From an uncultured Bacillota bacterium (lineage in GTDB: Bacteria; Sysuimicrobiota; Sysuimicrobiia; Sysuimicrobiales; Segetimicrobiaceae): a DNA stretch of 64,000 nucleotides. The notes below the pieces were generated by a model. That model was given only the letters and a program-made list of their open reading frames with translations, ran no database searches and was not told the origin of the DNA. The stretch is taken from the NCBI GenBank assembly GCA_963804645.1, contig CAWDRG010000019.1, positions 192,001 through 256,000 on the forward strand, read 5' to 3'. Below are positions 62,489-64,000 of the stretch, in pieces; the stretch's first letter is position 1; each line of letters opens with the position of its first letter. The translations under genes were made by a program, and so were the position numbers.

Positions 62489-63324
62489 CGACGCGGGCCG
62501 CGCCGGCGGTGGGTATGCGCCTCGACCAGTGGCTGGTGGCGCGGGGATTGACGGCCACGCGCGAGGAGGCGCAGGCGGCGATCATGGCCGGCCTCGTGAC
62601 CGTGGACACGCAGCGCGCGGACAAGCCGGGACGGCACGTTGGTCCGGACGCCGCGCGTCGTGCTGCACGGGCCCGCGCGTCCGTACGCCAGCCGCGGGGG
62701 GATCAAGCTGGCGGCGGCGCTCGACGCGTTCACGCTCGACGTGCGCGGGCGAGTCGCGGTCGATCTCGGCGCGAGCACCGGGGGGTTCACGGACTGCCTG
62801 CTGCAGCGGGGCGCCGCGCGGGTGTACGCGGTGGACGTGGGCCGCGGACAGCTGGCGTGGACGCCTGCGGACGCGATCCGCGCGTCGTCGTGCTCGAAGG
62901 CACGAACGCGCGGTCCCTGACGCCGGACGCCGTCGGAGGCCCGCGGGGGCTCGTCACTGCCGACCTGGCCTTCATCAGCCTGCGGCTCGTCTGGCCGGCG
63001 ATCGCCGGGCTCGTGGTGCCGGACGGCGACGTCGTCGCGCTGGTGAAGCCCCAGTTCGAGGCGGGCCGGGCCCGCGTGGGGCGGGGCGGCGTCGTGCGCG
63101 ATCCGGAGGTGCACGCGGCCGTGCTCGAGGACGTACTGCGCGGTGCGGAGGCGCACGGCCTGGTGCCGGCGGGGGCGATCCCGTCCCCGATCACCGGCCC
63201 GGCGGGCAACATCGAGTATCTCGTGCACCTGCGCCGCGCGGCGCCGTCCGCCGCGCGCCCGGACGTGGCGGCGGTCGTGCGCGAGGCGCACGCGCGGCTG
63301 GCGCCGGAGCGGGCGCGCCCGTGA
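62485..63324 (+). CDS. tlyA: TlyA rRNA 2'-O-methyltransferase, apparent frameshifts near 62650 and 62865
   Basis: RLDQWLV (S4 domain); YASRGGIKL and [11 protein letters not shown] in a second frame; KPQFE and GNIEY back in the first frame. Confidence 0.9.
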   Translation: MTTRAAPAVGMRLDQWLVARGLTATREEAQAAIMAGLVTVDTQRADKPGRHVGPDAARRAARARASVRQPRGDQAGGGARRVHARRARASRGRSRREHRGVHGLPAAAGRRAGVRGGRGPRTAGVDACGRDPRVVVLEGTNARSLTPDAVGGPRGLVTADLAFISLRLVWPAIAGLVVPDGDVVALVKPQFEAGRARVGRGGVVRDPEVHAAVLEDVLRGAEAHGLVPAGAIPSPITGPAGNIEYLVHLRRAAPSAARPDVAAVVREAHARLAPERARP

Positions 63325-64000
63325 CCACCGTCGGCGCTGTACGTCAATCCCGGGAAGCTCGAGGAAAATCCCGAGGTCGCGCGGCTCGCGCGCGAGGCCG
63401 TGGGGATGCTGGTCGAGCGCGGCGTCGCCGTCCTCGTGAACGACGGCGCCGCCGCGCCGCTCGGGTTCCGGGACCTGGGGGTGCCGGAGACCGCGCTCGC
63501 CGCGCGCGCGGACGTGTTCGTCGTGTTCGGCGGGGACGGTACGATTCTGGCCGCGGCCCGCGAGGCGGCGCCGCGGGAGATCCCGCTCCTCGGCGTCAAC
63601 CTCGGCGCCTTCGGCTTTCTCGCCGAGGTCACGGATGCCGAGGTGAAGGACGCGCTCGAGCGGCTGCTTGCCGGCGACTATCATCTGGACGAGCGCATGA
63701 TGCTGCGGGCCGAGGTGCGGCGTGCGGACCGGCCGATCAAGGAATTCCTCGCGCTCAACGACATCGTCGTCACCAAGACCGGCTACGCGCGGCTGCTGCG
63801 GGTCCGCACCTACGTCAACGACAACCATCTCGCGACCCACCGCGCCGACGGCCTGATCGTGGCCACGCCGACAGGCTCGACAGCGTACTCGCTGTCGGCG
63901 GGCGGGCCGATCGTGCACCCGTCCGTGCCGGCGATGGTCGTGACGCCGATCTGCCCGCACACGCTGAACGCGCGCGCGGTCGTGATCTCGGCCGACGACG
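63321..64000 (+). CDS. nadK: NAD kinase, partial; apparent +1 shift near 63336
   Basis: GGDGT, GVNLG.FGFL, ALND and [15 protein letters not shown] motifs. Confidence 0.93.
   Translation, partial: MTTVGAVRQSREARGKSRGRAARARGRGDAGRARRRRPRERRRRRAARVPGPGGAGDRARRARGRVRRVRRGRYDSGRGPRGGAAGDPAPRRQPRRLRLSRRGHGCRGEGRARAAACRRLSSGRAHDAAGRGAACGPADQGIPRAQRHRRHQDRLRAAAAGPHLRQRQPSRDPPRRRPDRGHADRLDSVLAVGGRADRAPVRAGDGRDADLPAHAERARGRDLGRR

Overview
High-GC bacterial chromosome segment; the gene order looks Terrabacteria-like, which is an inference. It has four zones. (1) 1-8.7 kb: a GAF-GGDEF-TM-SPOR diguanylate cyclase, a membrane sulfite-oxidase-family molybdoenzyme, small proteins, and a Zn/Mn ABC importer with two substrate-binding proteins, one lacking all three His ligands. 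(2) 8.7-25.3 kb: a divergent type IV pilus locus. The left arm has an ABC ATPase, permease, TPR protein, DUF4352-like protein and a large PilX-like protein. The right arm has two paralogous major pilins, an O-oligosaccharyltransferase, PilV/W-like pilins, PilMNO, TlpA, PilB and PilC. (3) 25.3-52.4 kb: an accessory region with two IS256 elements, a 25-copy 10-bp tandem repeat, a secreted-protein gene split by an IS3 that is itself split by an IS110, two arylsulfatases, a peptide-type ABC system, a probable FtsH paralog, a repeated CRP/FNR-type promoter module, a MacB-like permease, a phosphoesterase, a GT39 and a two-ORF DDE IS. (4) 52.4-64 kb: core genes rimP-nusA-ylxR-infB-ylxP-rbfA-nrnA-truB-ribF, then nusB-acyP-ispA-tlyA-nadK. 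The most notable observation is that the IS110 sits exactly on the AAAAAAG programmed-frameshift site of the IS3 via a CT core. Its upstream non-coding end contains short matches to both target flanks and to its own donor end, as expected for a bridge/seek RNA aimed at the IS3 slippery site. At least eight frameshifts, all explicable as +1 insertions, are probably sequencing errors.
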